Shown here: one piece after another, positions 15,049 through 23,764 of the stretch
Numbering within the stretch: position 1 is the first letter of the stretch
How the letters are laid out: every line of letters starts with the position of its first letter
DNA from: an uncultured Verrucomicrobiota bacterium
GTDB taxonomy: Bacteria; Auribacterota; JABMQX01; JAFGEW01
Direction: 5' to 3'
Assembly: GCA_964449605.1 (NCBI GenBank)
Contig: CAYUZG010000002.1
Span: 1-53,288, forward strand
Length of the DNA: 53,288 nt
Notes under the pieces: generated by a model
Told to the model about the DNA's origin: nothing
Seen by the model: only the letters and a program-made list of their open reading frames with translations
The model's database searches: none
Position numbers and translations under genes: made by a program

Positions 15049-15518
15049 CGAGGCTCACCCCCTTCCGCGTCCCCTCTCGGGGCGCCGGCTGGTGCCGGCT
15101 GGACGAGTCGGTGGGCGGGCGAGTAGCCGCTGTTGTGCAGGATCACCTGCTTGCCGACTCGCCCGTGGGGGTTGATCACGAGCGGGCCCAACAGGTTGGC
15201 CGTGATCTCGTTCGGGTCGCCGGGTACGACGAGCATCACGTGCAGCTCCGCCTCGTCGGTCGAGCCAAGTCCGAGCTCGGCCAGGTCGGCCTGTGCGATC
15301 GTCGGCCGGTACTGCGGCGCGACCGAGGCGGGATCGGTCAAGATGAAGGCCACCTCGGGCACGTCGAGCGACTGTAGCCACCAGACCGGGCGGTCCGCGC
15401 GCCGGTCAACGATCGCGTAGCGGGTGCAGCTCTCGAAGCCGATGAGCCCCTCCGGGAAGACGATGACCTCATCCTCGGCAACGTCCAGTTGGCCAAAACG
15501 CGTTGTGTCGACCTTCAT
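15042..15518 (-). CDS. fliW: Flagellar assembly factor FliW
   Basis: TRFGQLDVAEDEVIVFPEGLIGFE......WWLQSLD.PEVAFILTDP...PQY.P...LGPLVINPHGRVGKQVIL. Overlaps the csrA start by 7 nt. Confidence 0.9.
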   Translation of the reverse strand: MKVDTTRFGQLDVAEDEVIVFPEGLIGFESCTRYAIVDRRADRPVWWLQSLDVPEVAFILTDPASVAPQYRPTIAQADLAELGLGSTDEAELHVMLVVPGDPNEITANLLGPLVINPHGRVGKQVILHNSGYSPAHRLVQPAPAGAPRGDAEGGEPRC

Positions 15519-15556
15519 GACTTTCCCCTTCGTATCCTAAGCCGGTCTCCGACCGG

Positions 15557-16480
15557 CTAGATGAAATTGGCAAGCGAGAACTGAAGAATGCGCGCCGTGC
15601 TCGCCAGCGCCGCCTGGTAGATGCTCTCGGCCGTGTTGTATTCGACGATCGCTTCGGTGAGGTCGGCGTCCTCGAGTTCCGAGCGCTGCGCCTCGTACGA
15701 GAGGACGACGGCATCGAGGTTCTCACCGATCGATTCGAGATGGTTGACCCGGTTGCCGACGCCCGCGTTGACGTCGGCGACATGCAGAATCGCCTCGCGC
15801 AGCCGCTCCTCCTGCGTCTCAAGCGCCGTGAAGTCGTTATTCTCGTGCGCGGCACGCAGCTCGGTCAGGATGACGAACACGTCGTCGGTCGCTCCCTCTC
15901 CGTTCGGCTGGAACACCTTGCTGCCCGGCGTGTTGATCGTCACCGTGTCGACGTCGCTCACCAGGTAGCCCCACAGGCCGTCGATGCCGTTCGGGTTCGC
16001 CGTCACGCCCGTGACAAGCGTGCCCGCGGCGTCGTAGTCCGCCGTGAACGGCGCCGTCAGTGTCTCATCGCCGCCGAAGATGTACTTGTCCTTGAACTTG
16101 CGGTTCGCCAGCATCACCAGCTCCTCGAGGAGCTGGTTGATGTTGCCGGCGGCTTGGGCGCGCTCGGCACTTGTCGCGGAGCCGTCCGAGACCGCCTGTG
16201 AAATGCTGAGGATGTCGCTCAACAGCTCCTCGACCTGCGTGAGCGCCGAGCTGGTCATCTCGTTCCAGGCTAGGCCGCTGTCGATCGCGCGCCGATACTG
16301 CTCGCTCTCGGTGATCCGGCTCGAGTAGTGCAGGATCTGGGTCGCAGCGATCGGGTTGTCGGATGGCAGCGTGTAGTTCTTGCCCGTCGCGATCTTCTGC
16401 TGCGCAGCCTGGAGCTGCTCGAGGTCGCGCATCAGGTACATGGTCGTTGTGCCTGTCACCATCGACTGCGTGACCCGCAT
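15557..16480 (-). CDS. flgL: Flagellar hook-associated protein FlgL (HAP3)
   Basis: MRVTQSM...LQAAQQKIATGKNYTLPSDNPIAA...YIFGG. The C-terminus EADLTEAIVEYNTAESIYQAALASTARILQFSLANFI is typical of FlgL. Confidence 0.85.
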   Translation of the reverse strand: MRVTQSMVTGTTTMYLMRDLEQLQAAQQKIATGKNYTLPSDNPIAATQILHYSSRITESEQYRRAIDSGLAWNEMTSSALTQVEELLSDILSISQAVSDGSATSAERAQAAGNINQLLEELVMLANRKFKDKYIFGGDETLTAPFTADYDAAGTLVTGVTANPNGIDGLWGYLVSDVDTVTINTPGSKVFQPNGEGATDDVFVILTELRAAHENNDFTALETQEERLREAILHVADVNAGVGNRVNHLESIGENLDAVVLSYEAQRSELEDADLTEAIVEYNTAESIYQAALASTARILQFSLANFI

Positions 16481-16497
16481 GGAACGGCCTCCCTTCG

Positions 16498-18231
16498 TTA
16501 GGCGATGCTCAGTAGCTCGTCGAGCATCCCGTCGATCGTCGTGATGTAGCGTGCTGCGGCCGTGTAGGCATGCTCGACGCTGATGAGCTGCGCGAGCTCC
16601 TCATCCAGGTTCACCCCGGAGTACGATTGCCGCTGTTGCTCGAACGCCTCGACCACGTTCTGCTGGTTCGTCAGCAGGCTCCCCTCACGCGCGCTCTCGG
16701 TGCCGAGCGTCGAGATCGTCATCTCGTGGTAGGTGTCGAAGGTGCGCGCGTCGGGATCAGTGCCGATCACGAACGTGTCGTTGCGCAAGTTGCCGATCGC
16801 GAGCGCGATCGTGTTGTCGCCCGGCGCCGTCGAGCTGGCCGTCGCCACCAGACTCGGGTTGTTTTGGATCACAGACGAGACGTCGATCGTGTCAGCATCC
16901 TCGCCGGTGAAGAACGTGTTCAGCTCCAGTGCGAGCAGCAGCCCGCTCGTATCGCCCGTGCCGTCACTCTTGACGAACGAAAACGTCGCGCCCGCCGGCG
17001 CGCCGGTGTCGAGCGCGATGCTGATCTCGCCGTAGCTCACGTTCGCGTGCAAATAGCCGTTGGCGGAAAAATCGGTGTTGATCTCGGCCCCCACCGTTCT
17101 GAGCGTCGAGACACCGGCCGTGACTGAGATTTGCTGCTCCTCGAGCAAGGTGCCATCGGCGTCGTAGACGGCGAGCCAGAAGCTGCCCGTCGAGATCTCG
17201 TCCTCGAAAGGAAGGCCCGCCGCCGAGCTGAGCACGGCATCCGGGTCGCTCACGGCCTGGCCGCTCGTCACCGTTGTGTATAGGTCCAGCCCGTTGCCCT
17301 GGCTGTGGAGCCGGTTAACCTCCTTGATGATCTGCGTCGCGAGCGCATCGACCCGGCTGATATAGCTCGGGATGGTCGTGTCGCGCGCGTCGAGCAGGCC
17401 TTTCAGCTCGCCGGCGCCCAGGTCGGCCGCGGCCCCCGTGTCGCTCCACTGGACGTCGTAGAGCCCGTCGGCGTTGACGGCGGTCTCCAGGGTCCGCACC
17501 GTGTTGCCCGAGACGAGCATTTGGCCGTTCATGAAAACGACCATCTCGCCATCGCCGAAGTCGCGCGTCGTTACCCCGGCCAGCTGGCTGAGCTGGTCGA
17601 TGATCACGTCGCGCTGGTCGCGCAGATCATTCGCCATGTGCGGCTCGTTCTCCGAGGTGATGATCTGCGCGTTCAGCTCCTGGAGCTGGGCGGCCAGCGT
17701 GTTGATCTCCTCGACCGTCGTCGAGACGGCCGTGTTCATATCGATGCGCAAGCCGTGGAGCCGGTCGCGCATGTACTGGAACGTGCTGGCGAGCGACGCG
17801 CCGTTGCTCACGACGGCTTGGCGCATCGCGGGGCTTTCGGGCTCGGTCGACAGAGTCTGCCACGCGTTCCAGAACTCGGCCATCATGCCGCTCAGGCTGC
17901 GGCCCTGATCGCTCAGCTCATTGAAGACCGCCTCGAGCTGCTTGTAGGCCGCGTTCGACTTGTCGAGCGTGCCGAGCGTGCCGAGTTCGTTGCGCAGATA
18001 GACGTCGAGAAACGTGTCGCGCACGCGCTCGACGTCATCAACCTTCACCCCCGTGCCAAAGAACATGCCGGAGCCGAACTCGACCGATGGCGTGGGCGAC
18101 ATGATGACGCGGCGCCGCGTGTAGCCCTCGGTGTTCACGTTGGCGATGTTGTTGCCCAGCACGTGCATCGCGTACTGCTGGGCAAGCAAGCCGAGCCGCC
18201 CAACGTTGAGGCTGCTGAAGATCGTGCCCAT
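16498..18231 (-). CDS. flgK: Flagellar hook-associated protein FlgK (HAP1)
   Basis: N-terminus MGTIFSSLNVGRLGLLAQQYAMHVLGNNIANVNTEGYTRRR. C-terminus SGVNLDEELAQLISVEHAYTAAARYITTIDGMLDELLSI. Confidence 0.9.
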   Translation of the reverse strand: MGTIFSSLNVGRLGLLAQQYAMHVLGNNIANVNTEGYTRRRVIMSPTPSVEFGSGMFFGTGVKVDDVERVRDTFLDVYLRNELGTLGTLDKSNAAYKQLEAVFNELSDQGRSLSGMMAEFWNAWQTLSTEPESPAMRQAVVSNGASLASTFQYMRDRLHGLRIDMNTAVSTTVEEINTLAAQLQELNAQIITSENEPHMANDLRDQRDVIIDQLSQLAGVTTRDFGDGEMVVFMNGQMLVSGNTVRTLETAVNADGLYDVQWSDTGAAADLGAGELKGLLDARDTTIPSYISRVDALATQIIKEVNRLHSQGNGLDLYTTVTSGQAVSDPDAVLSSAAGLPFEDEISTGSFWLAVYDADGTLLEEQQISVTAGVSTLRTVGAEINTDFSANGYLHANVSYGEISIALDTGAPAGATFSFVKSDGTGDTSGLLLALELNTFFTGEDADTIDVSSVIQNNPSLVATASSTAPGDNTIALAIGNLRNDTFVIGTDPDARTFDTYHEMTISTLGTESAREGSLLTNQQNVVEAFEQQRQSYSGVNLDEELAQLISVEHAYTAAARYITTIDGMLDELLSIA

Positions 18232-18240
18232 GGCGCTCTC

Positions 18241-18741
18241 CTAGCCCAGGCGGTCCACCAGCGCCCGGCTCGGGGCGGGGGTCTCCGTGCTGCCCTCGGC
18301 GCTGTACGTCGGCTTGTCGACGCGCGGTTGGAGCAGCACCCACATCGTCTGGTTGATGAAGTCGATCGAGCTGCTGATGAGCTGCGCGTTGCCGGCGTTG
18401 AGCCGGTCGAGCTCCCGGACCACGGCCCGCACGCGGTCGCGTAGCGCACCGATGCGGCCCTCGGCGTCGTCGTGGCCGAGCTCGATCAGGCGGGTGAGCG
18501 TCACCTCCTGGTCGGACACGCCGAGCCGCTCGGCAAGCGTGCGGCCGATCTGGCGGCGGGTCCCCTCAAGCGCCTTCGTGCTCGAGATGAGCAGTTCCTG
18601 CGCCTCAATCGACAGCTTGAGCTCCTCGAGCTTGCCGCGGATGAGCGCCTGCTGCTCGGCCCGCGCCGACTGGATCAGCTCCTCGTAGCAGCCGATCTCG
18701 CGTTCGAGCACCGCCGAGAGCTCGTTGAGTAATTCGTTCAT
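18241..18741 (-). CDS. flgN: FlgN-family flagellar export chaperone
   Basis: Helical protein LNELSAVLEREIGCYEELIQSARAEQQALIRGKLEEL.. located immediately upstream of flgK. The call rests on pattern plus position. Confidence 0.6.
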   Translation of the reverse strand: MNELLNELSAVLEREIGCYEELIQSARAEQQALIRGKLEELKLSIEAQELLISSTKALEGTRRQIGRTLAERLGVSDQEVTLTRLIELGHDDAEGRIGALRDRVRAVVRELDRLNAGNAQLISSSIDFINQTMWVLLQPRVDKPTYSAEGSTETPAPSRALVDRLG

Positions 18742-19184
18742 GGAGACACCCTCTCAGACGTTGTCTGTGTCGTCGCGTCGTCCGCCGCCTCCATGACACG
18801 AGCTGGTCCGGTGTCCGTTCCGTCCCGGGATGTGTTCTCCGCACGGGTTTTCTGCGCCAGCGCGACGGCCTCGAGCTGGCCATAGAGCATCTCGGCGATG
18901 CCCGTCGTGCCGGTCGTGGCCATCTCGCTCGCGAGCTGGTCGTCGAGCATCTCGCGGTAGATGCCCTCGGCCATGCCGCCGCCGAACAGCTTGTCCTTCG
19001 ACTCGCCCTGGCGCATGACGCGAAAGAGCTGCGACATGAACACCGACTCGAAGCACTGGCACACGGCCATCAGCTTCGGGTAGCGCGAGCCGGCCGCCTG
19101 CGGGTTGCTCGCCAACTCGTCGAGCACCCCACGGTTCAGCGTCGGCGTGAACGCGATGGGCGAAGCTGGCACTGCGTTGGTCAC
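18738..19184 (-). CDS. flgJ: Rod-binding protein (FlgJ N-terminal-domain type, no hydrolase domain)
   Basis: GTG start. FESVFMSQLFRVMRQ....LFGGGMAEGIYREMLDDQLASEMA...GIAEMLY is the rod-binding domain motif. At only 148 aa there is no muramidase part. Confidence 0.7.
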   Translation of the reverse strand: MTNAVPASPIAFTPTLNRGVLDELASNPQAAGSRYPKLMAVCQCFESVFMSQLFRVMRQGESKDKLFGGGMAEGIYREMLDDQLASEMATTGTTGIAEMLYGQLEAVALAQKTRAENTSRDGTDTGPARVMEAADDATTQTTSERVSP

Positions 19185-19194
19185 TCGTGCGCTC

Positions 19195-20310
19195 CTAAAG
19201 GATCTCTAGTTGGGCCTGGATCTTGCCCGCTTCCTTGAGCGACTGAAGGATCATGATGATGTCACGCGGCGGCACGCCCATCTCGTTGAGCACCCGGACG
19301 ATGTCGCCGACCTTCGCGCCGTCCTCGAGCCGCAGGCTCGCGCCCTGCTCCTCCTCGACCTTCGTGAAGAGCTTCTGGAAAAAGACGGTGACCGCGTTCG
19401 TGAACGGCGCCTCCGGCTGCGAAACCTGGGGGGCCGAGTCGACCGTCACGGTGATCGAGCCGTGCGTGATGTCGGCGGCGGCGACGGTCGCCTCGTCGCC
19501 CGCGATGATCGTGCCCGTGCGCTCGCACACGATGATGACAGCGGCGTGATCGGGCTCGAGCGTCTGCCGCTCGACGAGGGACATGAACTCGATGTGCCTG
19601 CTCGCGTCGCGGTACTGCTTCGGGATCGTGACCTTGACCGTCGCCCCGTCGATCGGATGCGCCACGCCCTTGAACTTGGCGTTGACGGCCTCGGCGAGCC
19701 GCTGGGCGTTCGTCAAGTCGGGCCGCCGCAGCGTCAGGTACAGATGACGGCCATCGGTGAACTCGCTCGGGATCTCGTCCTCGATCGTCACGCCGTTCGG
19801 CATCCGGCCCGACGCGGTGTGGCCCTTTGTCACCGTGCTGCCGCCAACGCCCCCGCGCCCGGCATAGAAGCCGCCGACCGACACCGGGCCCTGGGCCACC
19901 GCGTACGCCTCGCCGTCGATGCCGTTCAGCGTCGTCATGATAAGCGAGCCGCCCTCGACGCTGGTCGCGTCGCCGAGCGCGTGCACCGACGCGTCGACGC
20001 GCATCCCGGGCTTGGCGAACGGCGGGACGGTCGCCATGACCACGACGAGCGCGCTGTTCTTCACTTTGAGCTGCTCGCGCGGCAGCGTGAGGTTGTAGGT
20101 GCGCAAGAAATTCTCGACCGCCTGCGTGGTGAACTTCGTGCTGTTCTTGTCGCCCGTGCCCTGGAGACCGACGACGAGACCAATGCCAACAAGCTGGTTG
20201 TCGCGCACGCCGTTGAAGTCGGCGAAGTCCTTGACGCGCACTTCGATCGCCGACGCGAGCGCCGGCGCCAGCAGCGCAGCCACCACCACAGCCATGACGA
20301 TGCGTTTCAT
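19195..20310 (-). CDS. flgI: Flagellar P-ring protein FlgI
   Basis: Signal peptide, then VRVKDFADFNGVRDNQLVGIGLVVGLQGTGD ... VLNEMGVPPRDIIMILQSLKEAGKIQAQLEIL. Confidence 0.95.
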   Translation of the reverse strand: MKRIVMAVVVAALLAPALASAIEVRVKDFADFNGVRDNQLVGIGLVVGLQGTGDKNSTKFTTQAVENFLRTYNLTLPREQLKVKNSALVVVMATVPPFAKPGMRVDASVHALGDATSVEGGSLIMTTLNGIDGEAYAVAQGPVSVGGFYAGRGGVGGSTVTKGHTASGRMPNGVTIEDEIPSEFTDGRHLYLTLRRPDLTNAQRLAEAVNAKFKGVAHPIDGATVKVTIPKQYRDASRHIEFMSLVERQTLEPDHAAVIIVCERTGTIIAGDEATVAAADITHGSITVTVDSAPQVSQPEAPFTNAVTVFFQKLFTKVEEEQGASLRLEDGAKVGDIVRVLNEMGVPPRDIIMILQSLKEAGKIQAQLEIL

Positions 20311-20357
20311 CTCACGATCCTCCCACGCTCACCCGCGCCTCGGCAGGGCCGGCGCAG

Positions 20358-20993
20358 CTAGAAGATGTTGAAGAAGTCCATCAAGCGTTCGAGCAGGCCG
20401 CGCCTCATGACCTCCATCATTGGCCCTTCGTACGTGATCTTCGCGTCGGCGATGTAAGTCGACTCGACGGTGTTATCGGCCGAGATGTCGTCGGGCCGCA
20501 CGAGGCCGGTCAGGACGATCTTGAGCGTCGAGCCGCCGATCTCGATCTCGCGCGTCGCCTCGATGAGCAGGTTGCCGTTCGGCTGCACGTCGATCACGCG
20601 CGCGGTCACCTTCGTCTCGATCTCGGCGGCGCTATCGCTCTTGCCCTCGCCGCTCGACTCGCGCTTGCTCGACCACTTGAACGCCGGCTTCTGGCCGTCT
20701 TTCACCAGGTGCTTGTCACTCGGGTAGAAGAACGTCTTGATCGACGCATCCGTGCTCGATTCTTTCTTCCGTTCGACCGATGTGTCCTGCTTCGCCGAGC
20801 TCGATTCCTTGATGATGATCGTCAGCAGGTCGCCGACGGCGCGCGCTTTGCTGTCCGTGATCAGCGAGTCTTTCTTGCGGCGCTCGAACAGGCTCGTCGC
20901 CTCGGCACGGCTCGCGAGCCCCAGCACAAACGCAGCGGCCGCAACCGTCATCAGCACTCGCGCCAGTCTCGTTTGGGCTCGTGTTCGCTTCAT
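20358..20993 (-). CDS. flgH: Flagellar L-ring protein FlgH (no lipobox cysteine)
   Basis: SLF....DSLITDSKARAVGDLLTIIIKES...NGNLLIEATREI.IGGSTLKIVLTGLVRPDDISADNTV.STYIADAKI.YEG. The protein contains no Cys at all. Confidence 0.9.
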   Translation of the reverse strand: MKRTRAQTRLARVLMTVAAAAFVLGLASRAEATSLFERRKKDSLITDSKARAVGDLLTIIIKESSSAKQDTSVERKKESSTDASIKTFFYPSDKHLVKDGQKPAFKWSSKRESSGEGKSDSAAEIETKVTARVIDVQPNGNLLIEATREIEIGGSTLKIVLTGLVRPDDISADNTVESTYIADAKITYEGPMMEVMRRGLLERLMDFFNIF

Positions 20994-21033
20994 GGTTCGT
21001 GCTCCTTGGGCGTGCTCTTTGCCTCGTCGGCGC

Positions 21034-22005
21034 CTAGAGCTCGATCTGGACGAGGCTCGGCGCCACGACGCGCGCCCGGATAATCTTCTTCGAGTCCTTG
21101 TTCATCACGTCGACGCTCTCGCCGACGCACGCGTCCTTCAGGGCAATGCACTTGGTCCGGACCGTCACGGCCCCGTACCGCGCACGCAGGGTGACGTAGT
21201 CGTTGCGGCGCACGGCGAGCGGCTCGCCGACCATCACGTCCGTGAGCAGCACACCCGCGCTCACCGAGCGCATGGCCCGCTTGCCGGCGGCGTCGGCCGT
21301 GCGGGTGAAGTAGTTGCCGATGGAGTTGGTGACCTCGCGCCGCTCGAGCTTGATCTGCTCGTCCTCGATAACCTCGTCGCGCCCGATGCGTCGCTGCGTC
21401 ACCACGACGGAGCGGAACAGGCGGATCTTGACCGAGACGCGCTTCGTAGCCACGTCGATGCCGTCGATGCGCACGCAGACCGAGAACGCCTGGTAGCCCG
21501 CGTAGCGCTTGTTCGAAAGCGGGACGACCGTGTAGGTCACCTCGCCGGTCGGGATGGCGAACGCGGTGGGGACTTGCACGAAGTCGCAGATGACGTCCTC
21601 GACCGACAGGCCGGTCTGCTCGAGCACGTGATCGCGAACGGCACTGCTCAGCTCCGCCGGCCCGATGCGCTGGCCGGAACGGGTCACGCTCACGTGCTCG
21701 GCACCGCCGATCGCGACGCGCTCCATGTCGAGCGGCAACGTCGCGAGCGCCGCGCGCACCTCGTCGGCCGTCACGACCTTTGTCGCGTTCACCTCGGGCG
21801 CCTCGGCGACGACGAGGTCCGAGATCATGCGCCCGAGCTCGGGCACGGCTGTCTCCACGCGGGCCACATGGCCGACCGTGATCGTGTCGCCCTTGACCTC
21901 GGCGAGGTCGTTGAGCGTCACGCTCAGCGGCGCCTGCGCCGCGGCGGCCTGAACGCCGGCCAGAACCAAGGCGGCCGCGATCGCTCCCAGGCTGAGCCGG
22001 TTCAT
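21034..22005 (-). CDS. flgA: Flagellar P-ring assembly chaperone FlgA
   Basis: Signal peptide. C-terminal SAF-like motif LLTDVMVGEPLAVRRNDYVTLRARYGAVTVRTKCIALKDACVGESVDVMN..SKKIIRARVV. Sits between flgG and flgH. Confidence 0.75.
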   Translation of the reverse strand: MNRLSLGAIAAALVLAGVQAAAAQAPLSVTLNDLAEVKGDTITVGHVARVETAVPELGRMISDLVVAEAPEVNATKVVTADEVRAALATLPLDMERVAIGGAEHVSVTRSGQRIGPAELSSAVRDHVLEQTGLSVEDVICDFVQVPTAFAIPTGEVTYTVVPLSNKRYAGYQAFSVCVRIDGIDVATKRVSVKIRLFRSVVVTQRRIGRDEVIEDEQIKLERREVTNSIGNYFTRTADAAGKRAMRSVSAGVLLTDVMVGEPLAVRRNDYVTLRARYGAVTVRTKCIALKDACVGESVDVMNKDSKKIIRARVVAPSLVQIEL

Positions 22006-22020
22006 CGTCTTCGCTCCTCG

Positions 22021-22815
22021 TTACCGCTTCAGGTTGTTTGCGAGCCCGAGCATCTCGTCGCTGGTCTGAATCGACTTCGAGTTCACGTCGTAGGCACGCT
22101 GGGCCGTGATCAGGTCGACCATCTCGTCGATGACGGCCACGTTCGACATCTCGAGCTCGCGCTGCTCCAGGCTGCCCCGGCCCTCGGCATTCGCGTTGCC
22201 GACGTTCGCCTCGCCGGAGGCGGGCGACTGCTTGTAGATGTTGCCGCCGATCGCGGTGAGGCCGGCCGGATTGACGAACGTGGCGACCGTGATCTGGGTC
22301 AGGTCGGTGACCGTGTCCTCGCCGGCGGCTTTGACCTGGACGGTGCCGTCCTTGGCGATCGTGATGTTCTCGAACGGCACGTTATCGGGGATCGTGACCG
22401 CGGGCTCGAGCAGGTAGCCGTCGCTGGTGACGATGCGGCGCTGGTCGTCGAGCTTGAACGCGCCGTCGCGCGTGTAGCCCATCTCGCCGTCCGGGAGCGT
22501 GATCTGGAAGAAGCCGTCGCCGGCGATCCGCACGTCGAGCGGGTTGCCCGTCGGCTTCGGCAGGCCGGGTGTAAACATCTTCTGCGTTGCCGCCGGCCGC
22601 ACGCCGAGACCGATGTTGATGCCGGTCGGCACCTGGGTCGAGTCCGACGACGAGGCGCCCGCCATCCGGATCTGCTGGTAGAGCAGATCCTGGAAGTCGA
22701 CGCGCGACTTCTTGAACCCGGCCGTGTTGACGTTCGCCAGGTTGTTGGCGATCGTGTCGACGTTCATCTGCTGGGCGCCCATCCCGGTGGCGGCCGTGTA
22801 GAGTGCTCGCATCAT
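22021..22815 (-). CDS. flgG: Flagellar distal rod protein FlgG
   Basis: MMRALYTAATGMGAQQMNVDTIANNLANVNTAGFKKSRVDFQDLLYQ ... LEMSNVAVIDEMVDLITAQRAYDVNSKSIQTSDEML. Confidence 0.95.
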   Translation of the reverse strand: MMRALYTAATGMGAQQMNVDTIANNLANVNTAGFKKSRVDFQDLLYQQIRMAGASSSDSTQVPTGINIGLGVRPAATQKMFTPGLPKPTGNPLDVRIAGDGFFQITLPDGEMGYTRDGAFKLDDQRRIVTSDGYLLEPAVTIPDNVPFENITIAKDGTVQVKAAGEDTVTDLTQITVATFVNPAGLTAIGGNIYKQSPASGEANVGNANAEGRGSLEQRELEMSNVAVIDEMVDLITAQRAYDVNSKSIQTSDEMLGLANNLKR

Positions 22816-22833
22816 GGTTCAGGTCCTCCCTCG

Positions 22834-23595
22834 TTACCTCGTGGCGCCGACCGTGTTGATCGCCTGATCCAGTGTCTGGTCCTGCAGCCTGGCTATCTTC
22901 TGCGCCATCTCGTAATTGCGGTAGTTGGTGATGAGTGCCACCATCTCCTCGACGACGTTTACGTTCGACATCTCGACCGCGTGCTGCGTGATCGGGCTCG
23001 TCGAGGTCAGCTCCACCGCCTCCTCGCTCGTCGGCTCGAACAGGTTGTGGCCGACCTTGCGCAGCGGATACGGCTTGTCGAAGTCGGCCAGCGTGATCCG
23101 GCCCGACTGCACGCCGCTCACGGTGATCGTGCCGTCTTGGGCTACGAGCACGTCGCTGCCCTCCGCGGTGTTGATCACGACCGGCGCGTTGCCGTCGCCG
23201 AGCACCGGGTAGCCGTCGGCGGTCACGAGCTGCCCGGTCGAGTCGAGCTGGAACGACCCGTCGCGCGTGTACCGCACCCCGGCCGGGGTGCGCACCTTGA
23301 AGAACCCGTCGCCGTTGATGGCGAGGTCGAACTTGCCGCCGTTGAGCCTGAACGCCCCCTGCGTGTAGACCGTGATCGCCTCGTCGCGCAGCCGGCCCAG
23401 CGGGGACTGGACGAGGCTCTCCTCGCCGCCCACCGGCTGCGTGACGCGCGCGAAGAGCACGTCGAACGGCTCGACGTAGACGCTCTCCTTCTTGAAGCCG
23501 GGAGTGGCGACGTTCGCGAGGTTGTTGGCGATGATGTCGTTGCGCTCCGCATAGACGCGCATTGCACCACCGGCCGCATAGAATCCGGAAATCAT
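22834..23595 (-). CDS. flgF: Flagellar proximal rod protein FlgF
   Basis: IIANNLANVATPGFKKE...GDGFFKV.....RYTRDGSFQLD..GQLVTADGYPVL...VEMSNVNVVEEMVALITNYRNYEMAQK. GGAGG RBS. Confidence 0.85.
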   Translation of the reverse strand: MISGFYAAGGAMRVYAERNDIIANNLANVATPGFKKESVYVEPFDVLFARVTQPVGGEESLVQSPLGRLRDEAITVYTQGAFRLNGGKFDLAINGDGFFKVRTPAGVRYTRDGSFQLDSTGQLVTADGYPVLGDGNAPVVINTAEGSDVLVAQDGTITVSGVQSGRITLADFDKPYPLRKVGHNLFEPTSEEAVELTSTSPITQHAVEMSNVNVVEEMVALITNYRNYEMAQKIARLQDQTLDQAINTVGATR

Positions 23596-23652
23596 CCTTG
23601 ACCTCCGAGTCGTGTAGTTGTCACGAACTCCGGTGCACCGCCCCCCAGTTGA

Positions 23653-23667
23653 GCAACGGGGGTGCCA
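23653..23667 (-). promoter_or_regulatory. Sigma54 promoter (exact -24/-12 consensus) for the flgF-led operon
   Basis: Minus strand reads TGGCAC-CCCCG-TTGC. It lies 58-72 nt upstream of the flgF ATG (23595). Confidence 0.7.
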
Positions 23668-23764
23668 CGACAGAAGCTTTCGGCGGAGTGCGGTCGTAAC
23701 AGCCTCGTAAGACGTGTGTTCGAACCTTCAACCCGCGTGCGAGCCGCACGCCTACCCCGGGTCG

